DNA of 64,000 nucleotides from Gemmatimonadota bacterium (GCA_039586795.1 JBDHJS010000034.1:1-64000), one strand, 5' to 3'. Counted from the first letter of the stretch, positions 28,423 through 40,069 are shown. A program made the numbers and translations. The notes: generated by a model not told the origin, from the sequence alone.

Positions 28423-29670
28423 TCAGTCGGGTCCGCTAGGAGCCGCTGCGCCCGCGGCCTCCATCATCGTGGGAGCAGGCTGTCGGAGCTTCAGCGTCAG
28501 AAGAAAGGCCAGAGCAACGCCGGCCGAGGCGGTAAAGAACGGCGCCGAGGCGCCCGAGAAGTCGAAGGCCGCCGCCCCCCACAAAGGCCCAACCACCCGC
28601 GCCACGCCCCCAAAGAACTGGTTGATCCCCAGCGTGCTGCCCTGAACTTCCGGCGCCGTTGATCGTGAGATCAGTGCCGCTAACGGCGGGAAAAGCGTTC
28701 CAGTACCGCCGGCGATGAAGGTTAGTGCAAACGCCAACGAGACCCAGTCGTCGGTGAACGCAGCGATGACCAGGCCGACGCCTAAACTCACGCCACCGAT
28801 TCGGGCCACCCCCGTCTCGCCCAGCCGCCGCACCAGCGGACCCACCGTGATCCCCCGCACCAGCATCGAGACCATGCCCACGTATACAAACACGTAGCCG
28901 ACGTTCGTCTCATCGATCCCGAACCGCTGATTGAGAAACAAAGGGAAGATGGCCGTGATCGAAGTAAAAGCGCCTATCCCCAGGAAGTAGATCGCGATCA
29001 TGATATTGATCGGCTCCCGCATCGCCGTCCTCATGACCTCACTGAGCGGCGGTACCGAGAGACTCGCCGCGGCGTTCGCGGCCCGTTGCACCTTCGGTTC
29101 GGGCAGAAACCGCAGCGCCAGAACCAGGTTGACCAGGCAGAGCCCGGCCGCCACGAAGCCCGGCGCCCGGTGACCGCCCCATTGAAAGGCCCACGAGCCG
29201 ATCGCCGGGCCCACCATGAACGCCGCCCCTGTAGCCGCGGACAGCCAGCCCAAGACTTGAGCGCGTTTCTCTGGCGCCGTCGTATCCGCCACGTAGGCCT
29301 GTGCGACGGCGATGGTTCCACCCGACGCGCCCTGCACGATCCGCGAGATGAACAGCACGGCGACCGTCGTAGCCAGCCCGAACAGGACGTACGAGACGGC
29401 TGAGAACGCCAGCCCGGCGAGGATGAGCGGCCGACGACCGTAGTGATCCGAGATCTTGCCCCAAAACGGCGTGGAGAGCAGCTGGGCAAACGAAAAGGAA
29501 GCGATCAGCGGGCCCACCATCCAATCCCCTGCTCCGAACTCGACGGCGTAGAACGGGAGGAGCGGCAAAACGATGCCGAACCCAATCATGTCCACCAGCA
29601 TGGTGCCGATCAATACGAACACCGATGCCAGGTCGATATCAGGTCTTTCTGGTTTGACGTATGCGCTCAG
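28423..29670 (-). CDS. MFS transporter, DHA1/TetA-like
   Basis: DMIGFGIVLPLLP, GKISDHYGRRP (motif A), AYVADTT...R. The frame extends to a CTG at 29670; GTG 29622 is the alternative start. Confidence 0.92.
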   Translation of the reverse strand: MSAYVKPERPDIDLASVFVLIGTMLVDMIGFGIVLPLLPFYAVEFGAGDWMVGPLIASFSFAQLLSTPFWGKISDHYGRRPLILAGLAFSAVSYVLFGLATTVAVLFISRIVQGASGGTIAVAQAYVADTTAPEKRAQVLGWLSAATGAAFMVGPAIGSWAFQWGGHRAPGFVAAGLCLVNLVLALRFLPEPKVQRAANAAASLSVPPLSEVMRTAMREPINIMIAIYFLGIGAFTSITAIFPLFLNQRFGIDETNVGYVFVYVGMVSMLVRGITVGPLVRRLGETGVARIGGVSLGVGLVIAAFTDDWVSLAFALTFIAGGTGTLFPPLAALISRSTAPEVQGSTLGINQFFGGVARVVGPLWGAAAFDFSGASAPFFTASAGVALAFLLTLKLRQPAPTMMEAAGAAAPSGPD

Positions 29671-29876
29671 CGTTCGGCTTCCCGAGGGTCATAGCACCCA
29701 TAAAGACGCGGGGCTGGACCCCGCTCTAGACTCTCACGCGTCATGTTATAGTCGGATTGTATCGGGCGGGAAAGCCCGTAGGCCTAGGCAAAACTCCTCA
29801 ACGTCTATTCAACACGCACCCACCACCAAACGTTGAGGAGTCTGCAAGAGCTACGGAATTCTCCTTGAGGTGTGTG

Positions 29877-31274
29877 TCAGGCGTCCAGTCCGGCCAACGA
29901 CCCGCCGCCGTGCCGCGCCCAAATCGGCTGTCGTGGCGCCTGTCTCTCGAAGAAGAAATGCCGCTCACCAAACGCCGGCTCCAGGTCGTCCAGCCACGTG
30001 GCCTCAGGGTCGAAACGGGCGAAGAACGGCTTCCCCACCCATTCCGGGATACGGGCCTGCAAGAACCTCAACACAAACACCCGCTCCCCGTGCACCGGCG
30101 CCACGCCTTCGACCAGCACCTTACCCGGCAGCGACGACATCGTTGGCCCACGAACCGAGCGTCCCAGTCCTGATTGCCGGCGGTACGCTCCGTTGAAGAT
30201 CTCCAATGCTTGCGTCAACGGAACCTCGAAGTACCGCTTCGGGCCGGTGTCTCGCTCGACGAACATGTAGTACGGGACGGCACCCAACCGCTCCTGGCTT
30301 CTCCACAGCTGGACCCACACCCCAACCGAGTCATTGACGTGCCGAATCAAGGGGGCCTGGCAACGAATCACGGCTCCCGCATCCTGGATCCGGCGAATCG
30401 CCGCCTCGGCGATCGGCGTCTCCAACTCCCTCGGATGACTGTAGTGCGCCATGAACGCCACGTGCCGGCCGGCTTTCCTCACATCCTGGAACAGCTGCAG
30501 AACATCGTCCGCGTCATCGTCCGTGACGAACCGTTGCGGCCAGTATGCCGTCGACTTGCTGCCTATGCGGATGCTCTCGATGTGTGACAGAGCCGGGTCC
30601 AGCAGCGGTTCGATGTAGCGCCGCAAGACCGTCGACTTCATCACCATCGGGTCGCCCCCCGTCAACAGCACGCTCCTGACTTCCGGGTGGTTTTTCAGGT
30701 AGGCCACCCAGCCGGCGGATTCGCGACCCGCAAACTTCAACTCCTCGATCCCCACGAACTGCGCCCAGCGGAAGCAATAGCTGCAATAGGCGTGACACGT
30801 CTGGCCCGGCGCCGGAAACAGCAGCACCGTTTCCCGATACTTGTGCTGAACCCCCGGTAGCGGCTCGTCCTTCACGGTCGGCACATTCAGATCCATCTGG
30901 CCCGCCGGGTGCGGGTTCAGCCTCGACTGAATGTCCCGCGCCGCCGCCCGAATCTCCTTCTCGGACGCGCCGCGCCGAATCAGCCGGAACATGCGTGAAA
31001 AATCACGCAGGCCCAACATCTCGGGCTGCGGGAATGTGAGCTGGTAGATCGGATCGGCGGGGATGTTCGACCAGTCGATGAGTTCTTCAACTACGTAGTT
31101 GTTCACCCGGAAAGGCAGCACGGCAGACACCGCCTTCATCGCGTCCCGATCCCCCTGCGACAACCCCTGAAGCTGTGGAAGTCCGTCGATGTCCTTCCGA
31201 GAATACGCCCGATACTTGCGGGCTACCGTCCGATCGATAGCGCTCCTCCTCTCTGGTGTAGCGCGATAGAACAT
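29877..31274 (-). CDS. KamA-family radical SAM/PLP 2,3-aminomutase (substrate uncertain)
   Basis: HKYRETVLLF, CHAYCSYCFR (CxxxCxxC), LLTGGDP, IRIGSK, C-terminal PGK PLP lysine. Confidence 0.92.
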   Translation of the reverse strand: MFYRATPERRSAIDRTVARKYRAYSRKDIDGLPQLQGLSQGDRDAMKAVSAVLPFRVNNYVVEELIDWSNIPADPIYQLTFPQPEMLGLRDFSRMFRLIRRGASEKEIRAAARDIQSRLNPHPAGQMDLNVPTVKDEPLPGVQHKYRETVLLFPAPGQTCHAYCSYCFRWAQFVGIEELKFAGRESAGWVAYLKNHPEVRSVLLTGGDPMVMKSTVLRRYIEPLLDPALSHIESIRIGSKSTAYWPQRFVTDDDADDVLQLFQDVRKAGRHVAFMAHYSHPRELETPIAEAAIRRIQDAGAVIRCQAPLIRHVNDSVGVWVQLWRSQERLGAVPYYMFVERDTGPKRYFEVPLTQALEIFNGAYRRQSGLGRSVRGPTMSSLPGKVLVEGVAPVHGERVFVLRFLQARIPEWVGKPFFARFDPEATWLDDLEPAFGERHFFFERQAPRQPIWARHGGGSLAGLDA

Positions 31275-31901
31275 GAGCCTGCCCTCTTCGGTTATCAGCC
31301 ATCCTGTTCGGGGTTCTCCAACGGGCGCCCATCCGGCGCCTCGCTTTGCGTCTGCCCGACAGGCTGGGCTTCGAACCGTTTGACCCGGGTGGTCTCCCGG
31401 CGCTCACGCAGCCTGGCGGCGCCAACCCGGTTCTCAACGACGACACTCCATGTGAGCTGCACTACATTGGCAGCCTCAGAGCGGCGCAGGGGCTAATCCT
31501 CCCCTGGGCCCGCGTCAGCTCGCTGGCCATTCACACCGCGCCGGTTCTCACTGTGAACTGTCACAAATTTACGGCCCCAAACGCTTCCAAGCAAAGGGCG
31601 GCACCCCCCGTCTTGGGGAGCCTGTCTGGGAACGCCGCGCTCCTCGAAACGCCCTATGGGCTGAAAAGCCAGCAATGGTGCGGGAAACCAGCGAAAGCGC
31701 GGTTGTCCCGGTAAAGCCCCCGCTTGTGACTTTCTGTCCCGAGGCGGCCCTCTGTAGGCGTAGCGCCAACGAACGTAACTCACTATAATAAAACAAGTTA
31801 GACAGTCCTGGCTTCAAGGCCTGGAAGATGCTCAACGTGTTTAAGTCAGTCGTTTTTCCCATACGATCAGCGTCATCGACCGGAGATGAGGGAAATAAGA
31901 C

Positions 31902-33263
31902 ATGAGCAACGAGAGTCAGAAGAAGCAGGGCGGTGAGGACCTGAATCCGTTCCACATCGCTCAACAGCAATTCGACACCGCGGCACGCTACATCCCGGAC
32001 CTGAAAGCGGGTCTGGTGGGTTTCCTGAAGGCGCCGAACCGAATGATCACGGTGGAGTTCCCCATCGAGACCGAGGAAGGCGAAGTGCGGAACTTCGTCG
32101 GATACCGTTGCCTGCACAACAAGGTGCGTGGTCCGGGCAAAGGCGGTATCCGCTACCATCCAGACGTCTCGGCGGACGAGGTACGGGCGCTGGCCTCCTG
32201 GATGACGTGGAAGTGCGCGGTCCTCGATGTGCCCTTCGGCGGAGCCAAGGGCGGGATCATCTGCAACCCGAAGGAGCTCGCACAGGACGACGTCCGCAAG
32301 ATCACACGCCGCTTCATCTCCGAGCTAGGCGACTCGATCGGCCCGTACACGGATATTCCGGCACCCGACGTGAATACGAACCCGCAGACGATGGCGTGGA
32401 TCTACGACACCTACGACATGATGCACAAAGGTAAGAACAACCTGGGTGTCGTGACCGGCAAGCCCGTCAACATGGGCGGATCGTTGGGTCGTAACGAGGC
32501 GACATCTCGTGGCTGCCTGTTCTGCACCGAGAAGGCGATTGAGCTCGGCGTAGTTCCGGGGCTCACCTCGTTGAAGGGCGCCACCGTGGTAGTCCAGGGA
32601 TACGGCAACGCCGGCGCGATCGCCGCGCACCTGTATCACGAGCAGGGCGCCAAGATCATCGCGGTCAGCGACTCCCGAGGCGGCATTGTGAACCCCGAGG
32701 GCCTCGATCCCGACGCCGTGATCGAGCACAAGAAGAAGACGGGCTCGGTCCTCGGCTTCCCGGGTACAAAGGAAGTGAGCAACGACGAGCTGCTGACCAT
32801 CGAGTGCGACGTCCTGATTCCGGCCGCACTGGAGAACGTGATCCGTGGCGACAACGCGGCGGAAATCAACACCAAGGTGATCGCCGAGGCCGCCAACGGT
32901 CCGACGACACCGGCAGCCGACAAGATCCTGTTCGATCGTGGCATCCCCGTGCTGCCCGACATCCTGGCCAACGCCGGTGGGGTGACGATCAGCTACTTCG
33001 AGTGGGTGCAGAACAACGAGAACGAGCAGTGGGAAGAAGACGAAGTCAACGGCAAGATGAAGGCGAAGATGCTCAAGTCAACCGAGGCGGTTGTTGAGAC
33101 GCAGAAGCGGATCAACGCCTCGTTGGCCGAGCTGGACGCCGCCCGCAAGCAGCGCGGCCTCGACGGCGACAAACTGGTCGAGATCGACCTGCGAACCGCC
33201 GCCTACGTGCTGGCGATCAGCCGTGTGGCAGAGGTGACGCTCGAGCGTGGCATCTGGCCGTAA
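31902..33263 (+). CDS. gdhA: Glu/Leu/Phe/Val dehydrogenase, glutamate-dehydrogenase type
   Basis: GPGKGGIRYH, MTWKCA, PFGGAKGG, DIPAPDVNT, QGYGNAG, EAANGP, NAGGVTISYFEW. Confidence 0.92.
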   Translation: MSNESQKKQGGEDLNPFHIAQQQFDTAARYIPDLKAGLVGFLKAPNRMITVEFPIETEEGEVRNFVGYRCLHNKVRGPGKGGIRYHPDVSADEVRALASWMTWKCAVLDVPFGGAKGGIICNPKELAQDDVRKITRRFISELGDSIGPYTDIPAPDVNTNPQTMAWIYDTYDMMHKGKNNLGVVTGKPVNMGGSLGRNEATSRGCLFCTEKAIELGVVPGLTSLKGATVVVQGYGNAGAIAAHLYHEQGAKIIAVSDSRGGIVNPEGLDPDAVIEHKKKTGSVLGFPGTKEVSNDELLTIECDVLIPAALENVIRGDNAAEINTKVIAEAANGPTTPAADKILFDRGIPVLPDILANAGGVTISYFEWVQNNENEQWEEDEVNGKMKAKMLKSTEAVVETQKRINASLAELDAARKQRGLDGDKLVEIDLRTAAYVLAISRVAEVTLERGIWP

Positions 33264-33278
33264 ATCAGCAAACATTAA

Positions 33279-33360
33279 TCAGTAGCCAGTCGTCGGTGAT
33301 CGGTAGGTGGGGTCTTCCCCGCCTACCGATTACTGGCTACCGATCACCGGTCACCGACTA
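33279..33360. repeat. Heptamer-periodic palindromic intergenic element
   Basis: tcagtag ccagtcg tcggtga tcggtag gtgggg-tctt-ccccgc ctaccga ttactgg ctaccga tcaccgg tcaccga. Confidence 0.75.
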
Positions 33361-33371
33361 GGGCAGGCACT

Positions 33372-34774
33372 ATGGCAAACACGAAGACAAAGGACAGACC
33401 AAAGCCGTATCTCTTCCCGGAGTTCTGCAAAGCCTGTGGGCGCTGTATCTCGGCATGCCCAAAAGGCTGTATCGCCATGGGGACGGAGATCAACCCGGCG
33501 ACGGGCTTCACGCCGGTGGTTCTGAACCTCGACGTCTGCAACGGCTGTGGACTGTGCTTAAGCGCTTGTCCCGAGCCCTACGGGCTCATGCCGGCTCCCG
33601 AACAGGTGGATTTCGAGCTGCTCGATCCAGCTTCCATGTTCGGTGAGCGGGTGACGACGGCTCCAACGCCGACCGCCATCGACGATGAACGTATTCCGTT
33701 ACCGCAACTCGAACCGCTGATCCTGAAGGGCAACCACGCCTCGGCCGTCGGCGCACTGCTCTCCGGCTGCCGCCATTTCTTCGGCTACCCCATTACCCCG
33801 TCCACCGAGGGCGCCGAGCTGCTGGCTCGGCTGCTTCCCCAAGTGGACGGAGTATTCCTGCAAGCGGTCAGCGAAGTCGCCGCGGTAAACATGATGTACG
33901 GGTGCGGCGGTGCGGGGATGCGATCCATGACTTTCACCTCCTCACCGGGATTCAGCCTGATGTTGGAGGGTATCTCCTACATGGTCGGGTCCGAGGTGCC
34001 GGGCGTCTTCTTCAACGTCATGCGCGGCGGTCCCGGGCTCGGCAACATCGGACCGGAACAGGCCGACATCAAACTCGTCTGCCGCGGCCTCGGCCACGGC
34101 AACACGCACGCGCTCGTGCTGGCGCCTTCGACGCCGCAGGAGATGCTCGACCTCACCATGGATGCCTTCGACCTGACCTTCAAATACCGCAACCCGGTGA
34201 TTATGGTCAGCGATGGCTACCTCGGCCAGATGACCGGGCGCGTCGAACTGCCCTCCTACATGGTCAAACCCGGCCTGCCCGAATGGGCGGTCTACGGCGA
34301 CGAGATGCACCGCGGCAATCTGATTTGCTCGATCATTCTCAACGAGCCGGACCTTGAGAAGCACAACATCCACCTGAACGAGAAGTACGATCGCATAGCC
34401 GCAAACGAACAGCGTGCCGACCTCTTCTACTGTGATGATGCCGACTGGGTGATCATCGCCTGCAATACGCCGGCGCGCATGGCGAAGGGCGCCGTACAGC
34501 AACTGCGTGATCAAGGCGTGCCCGTCGGCCTCTTCCGGCCGGTCTCGCTCTGGCCCTTCCCCATCGATGCGCTGCTTCCGGTAGTCGAGCGAGCCAAAGG
34601 GCTGATCATTGTCGAAGCCAGCGCCGGACAACTGGAAGATGAGGTACGATTGGCACTCAGCCACGCTGGTGTCCAATCGCTGCCGCCGATTGAGAGAGTA
34701 CAACGCTACGGCGGAATTCTCCCGCTGCAGGCCGAGATCGTGGATGCCGTCACCGCGACCGTTGGGGGTGCCGC

Positions 34775-34778
<4 letters not shown>
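33372..34778 (+). CDS. 2-oxoacid:ferredoxin oxidoreductase, ferredoxin(delta)-alpha fusion (Vor-like)
   Basis: Two CxxCxxCxxxCP motifs, then KGNHA, FGYPITPSTE, TSSPGFSL, MRGGPGLG. Confidence 0.93.
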
Positions 34779-36202
<1,424 letters not shown>

Positions 36203-36314
36203 AACCGGTCCTTTGGCCAGGACCCCGTAGTCTACCCGGCGGGCCCATCTTCCCATCGCTCGCCTCGCATCTTTCTCTTTACAGTCCCGGATAGACTCAT
36301 TGGAGGACGTACCG

Positions 36315-37439
36315 ATGTTCATCGGAGTACCACGCGAAACCCACCGATACGAGAACAGAGTAGGGCTTTCGCCATACGCCGTCTCTCGGTTGACGCACTA
36401 CGGGCATACCGTAGTCGTCGAGAATGAAGCTGGCGCGGCGGCGAAGTTCTCGGACCAGGAATACGAGGCGGCCGGAGCTCAGATCGTATACAGCACCGAG
36501 GAAGCCTATAAGCGAGCCGATATCGTCTGCCGGGTCGGCCTCCTTTCTTCCGAAGAGCTGGACCTGCTGAAGCCGGGCTCAACGATTTGCGCCTTCCACC
36601 ACCTGGCCGTTTGTCCGCACGAAAACGTCGAGCGATTGATGGAGCTCGAAACGACGATCATCGGGTACGAGATCATCGAGGACATTCACGGCGATCACCC
36701 GGTCCTCGCGCCGATGAGCGAGATGGCCGGGCAGATGGCTATGCACCTGGCCTCCCACTACATGCAAACGTCCAAGGGCGGCAGAGGAACGTTACTGGGA
36801 AGCGTAGCCGGTGTCGCGCCGCCGACCGTACTCATCCTCGGGGCTGGCTCCGTCGGCTGCAGCGCCGCCCGGCGCGCCGTCGCGTCCGGCGTCCACGTGA
36901 TCATCGTCGACGAGGACCTTCGCAAGCTGAGATCGTTGAGCCGTGAGTTCTCCGGGCAGGTGGTGACGGTCGTCGCCGGCATGGCGCAACTGGAGCGTCT
37001 CACCTCGATCGCCGACGTGATCATCGGCTCGATCCTGATTCCCGGCGCCCACGCGCCTATCCTCGTAACCGAGGAGATGGTGAAAGCGATGAAGCCGGGC
37101 AGCGTGATAGTCGACGTATCCATCGACCAGGGCGGCTGCGTGGAGACCAGCCGCCCCACGACGCTGGATGGGCCGACGTATGTCATGCACGACGTGGTGC
37201 ACTATTGCGTGCCCAACATGACGGCGAATGTCCCGCGGACGGCCTCGCGGGCGCTCGCCAACGCCGTCCTGCCGATTCTCAAAGAGATCATGCGCAATGG
37301 CGTGGCCGGCGCGCTTCAAGACGACCCGGGCTTGAGGGCCGGCGTCTACCTGTACCAGGGCCAGATGGTGAACGAGAAGGTTGGGGGAATCCTCAACATA
37401 CCCACTGTATCGCTAGAGACACTCGTTGAGGGAAAGTGA
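36315..37439 (+). CDS. ald: Alanine dehydrogenase-like protein (divergent)
   Basis: GGAGG SD; IGVPRE..ENRV, LAPMSEMAG, LGAGSVG, DVSIDQGGC.ETS, HYCVPNM. Confidence 0.85.
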   Translation: MFIGVPRETHRYENRVGLSPYAVSRLTHYGHTVVVENEAGAAAKFSDQEYEAAGAQIVYSTEEAYKRADIVCRVGLLSSEELDLLKPGSTICAFHHLAVCPHENVERLMELETTIIGYEIIEDIHGDHPVLAPMSEMAGQMAMHLASHYMQTSKGGRGTLLGSVAGVAPPTVLILGAGSVGCSAARRAVASGVHVIIVDEDLRKLRSLSREFSGQVVTVVAGMAQLERLTSIADVIIGSILIPGAHAPILVTEEMVKAMKPGSVIVDVSIDQGGCVETSRPTTLDGPTYVMHDVVHYCVPNMTANVPRTASRALANAVLPILKEIMRNGVAGALQDDPGLRAGVYLYQGQMVNEKVGGILNIPTVSLETLVEGK

Positions 37440-37445
37440 CGATAG

Positions 37446-38685
37446 ATGAACTGGCTCGATGACTATAAATCCAAGCTGAGGAGTCCGGCCGAAGCCGTCT
37501 CCGTTATCGACAGCGGCGACCGCGTCTACTACGCCGGTAACGCCGCCATACCGCAGACCCTCGTCCAGGCGCTCGCCGACCGCAAGGACGAGCTGACAGA
37601 CGTCCAGGTCAACCACGTGTTGCTGGTCGGCAAAGACCCGCTGTCCGCCCCGGAGATGGAGGGTCACTTCAGGCATAACTCGCTGTTCGTCGGACCGGCG
37701 GACCGCAAGGCCGTGAACGAGGGGCGTGGCGACTACGTCCCCATCTTCCTCTATATGATCCCGCGGTTCTTCCGCGAGCGCATCGTGCCCGTCGACGTCG
37801 CGATGATCCAGTGCTCACCGCCGGACGAACATGGGTTCATCAGCATGGGCGTCGAGACGCTGGCTTCCGCCGCCGCCTGCCAGATGGCGAAGACGGTGAT
37901 CGCCCAGGTCAATGACAAGATGCCCCGCGTGCTGGGCGACTCCTTCATGCACGTCAATCGTGTGGACGCCATCGTCGAGGCCACCGAACCGCTACCCGAA
38001 CTGCAGCCCCGGCCGGCCACCGACATCGAGAAGTCGATAGCCGCCAACGTCATCCCGCTCATCGAGCCGGGGGCGACGATCCAGATGGGGATTGGCGGGA
38101 TTCCGGACTCGGTCTGGGAGTCGATGGAGGGCAATCTAGAGCTCGGTATCCACACCGAGATGATCTCCGACGGCGCGATGCGCGCCATCCAGCGCGGGGT
38201 CGTCACCGGCACACGGAAGAACCTGCATCCCGGAAAGGTCGTGATCACGTTCGCCCTGGGAAGCGGGGAGCTCTACGACTACCTCGACAACAACCCGTTC
38301 ATCGAGGCCCACCCGGTCGACTACGTCAACGATCCGTTCATCGTCGGCCAGAACGACAACATGGTGGCCGTCAACTCGGCGATCGAGGTGGATCTGACCG
38401 GACAAGTCTGCTCCGACTCGATAGGTCCGTACATCTACTCGGGCTTCGGGGGGCAGGTCGATTTCATCCGCGGCGCGGCGCGGTCCAAGGGTGGCAAGCC
38501 CGTCATCGCGCTCCCCGCCACAGCCAAGGGCGGCGAGATGTCCCGCGTGGTGCCGTTCCTGAAGGAAGGCGCCGGAGTCGTGCATGAACCTCCGCGAGCG
38601 AGCCGAGGCGTTGATCGGCATCGCGGACCCCAAGTTCCGCGAAGAGCTGGAGTACGCGGCGAAACAGCGCGGCTTATTGACTTAG
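37446..38685 (+). pseudogene. Acetyl-CoA hydrolase/4-hydroxybutyrate CoA-transferase family, frameshifted near the C-terminus
   Basis: QMGIGGIP, GIHTEM (catalytic Glu), SGFGGQVDFIRGA. After GAGVV (38582) the conserved tail MNLRERAEALIGIADPKFREEL... is in the +1 frame, with TAG at 38683-38685. The T.R.DV..VVTEYG segment is missing. Confidence 0.85.
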
Positions 38686-38762
38686 CAACTCAGAAGTCGG
38701 ACGTTGAGTCCGGACGCCACCGCGTTCATGCCTTCAACTCCGCAAAACACAGAGGATGACGA

Positions 38763-39716
38763 ATGAGGAGAATCCTCGTCACAGGTGCACTAGGCCAGAT
38801 CGGTGCCGAGCTGGTTCCAGCGCTGCGCGCGAAGCTCGGCAATGACAACGTCGTCGCATCGGACATCCGCATGCCCGCCGACCCGCCCAAACCAGACGAA
38901 CCTTTCGAATACATCGACTGTACCGTCCGGCGAATGATCGACGAGGTCGTCCACAAATACGACATCGGAACGGTCTATCACATGGCCTCGCTTCTTTCGG
39001 CCGTGGCCGAGGAGAAGCCGCAGGTGGCCTGGGACGTCAACATGGGCGGCCTCTACCGGACGCTGGAAGTCGCGCGAGAGAACAGCTGTTCCGTCTTCTT
39101 CCCCAGCTCGATCGGCGCCTTCGGCCCAACAACGCCGCCTGACAACACGCCCCAGGACACGCTCCAGCGACCCAACACCATGTACGGCGTGACGAAGGTG
39201 GCCGGCGAGCTGCTCTGCGACTACTACTTCAAGCGCTTCGGAATCGATACCCGCGGTCTTCGCTATCCCGGACTCATCTCTTACGTCGCGCCAGCCGGCG
39301 GCGGCACCACCGACTACGCTGTCGAGATCTTCTACGAGGCGATCCGTCACAAGCGCTACACCTGCTTCCTGGCGCCCGACGCTTGCCTCGACATGATGTA
39401 TATGCCCGACGCCGTGAAGGCATCTATCGACCTGATGGAAGCCGACCCGGACCGCCTGGTTCACCGCAACGCCTTCAACGTCACGTCCGTAAACTTCACG
39501 CCGGAACAGCTGGCGGAAGAGATACGCAAGCATATCCCGGACTTCACGATCTCCTACGAGGTCGATCCGGTCAGACAGGCGATCGCCGACTCGTGGCCGA
39601 ACTCGCTGGACGACAGCGCGGCAAGGAACGAGTGGGGTTGGGAGCCGGAATACGACCTCGAGATGATGACCCGGGACATGTTGGAGAATCTCGAGAAGAA
39701 GCTGACGAGGGATTAA
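38763..39716 (+). CDS. L-threonine 3-dehydrogenase, extended-SDR type
   Basis: VTGALGQIG, PSSIGAFG, YGVTK, GGGTTDYAV, MMYMPDA, RQAIADSWP. Confidence 0.88.
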   Translation: MRRILVTGALGQIGAELVPALRAKLGNDNVVASDIRMPADPPKPDEPFEYIDCTVRRMIDEVVHKYDIGTVYHMASLLSAVAEEKPQVAWDVNMGGLYRTLEVARENSCSVFFPSSIGAFGPTTPPDNTPQDTLQRPNTMYGVTKVAGELLCDYYFKRFGIDTRGLRYPGLISYVAPAGGGTTDYAVEIFYEAIRHKRYTCFLAPDACLDMMYMPDAVKASIDLMEADPDRLVHRNAFNVTSVNFTPEQLAEEIRKHIPDFTISYEVDPVRQAIADSWPNSLDDSAARNEWGWEPEYDLEMMTRDMLENLEKKLTRD

Positions 39717-39718
39717 AG

Positions 39719-40069
39719 ATGATCAAGCTAAGCCGCGCCGCTGTCGCCAACACACTCGCGCTGGGCGGCGTCGTCATCATATTGCTCGTGGCACTCGAGA
39801 TTGTTGAGAGCCGGATGCAGCTCGGCCTGGTCATCGCCGGCATCATCATCAATCAGATCGGTGTCTGGGGGCTCGCCGGCAGGCTGCTGCCGGAGCGCCG
39901 CTCTTTTCTTCAGCTGCGCCGCGAAGCGGATCGCTTCATCGACATGGTTCGGCAACTCAACAGCCAGGCCGTTCAGGGCGATGAAGCCGGAGTCGAACAG
40001 ACGAAGACGGCGATGTATGGCCTAGTGGACAGGATGGCCGAGGTCGCCGCGATCGAATCCGACGATTGA
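39719..40069 (+). CDS. Small membrane protein (2 TM + helical C-terminus), unknown function
   Basis: ATG 2 nt after the upstream stop; two hydrophobic helices, then ERRSFLQLRREADRFI. Confidence 0.7.
   Translation: MIKLSRAAVANTLALGGVVIILLVALEIVESRMQLGLVIAGIIINQIGVWGLAGRLLPERRSFLQLRREADRFIDMVRQLNSQAVQGDEAGVEQTKTAMYGLVDRMAEVAAIESDD

Noticed and set aside
31330..31390. Possible c-di-GMP-I riboswitch (minus strand GGTCAAAC...GACGCAAAGC) upstream of the aminomutase
   Set aside because: The GACGCAAAGC word matches, but the GGCAAA/GNRA P2 stem and P1 pairing could not be built; it would need an Rfam hit.
38686..38759. C-terminal tail of the 437-aa ORF as a novel domain
   Set aside because: Out-of-frame read-through caused by the deletion at ~38583.
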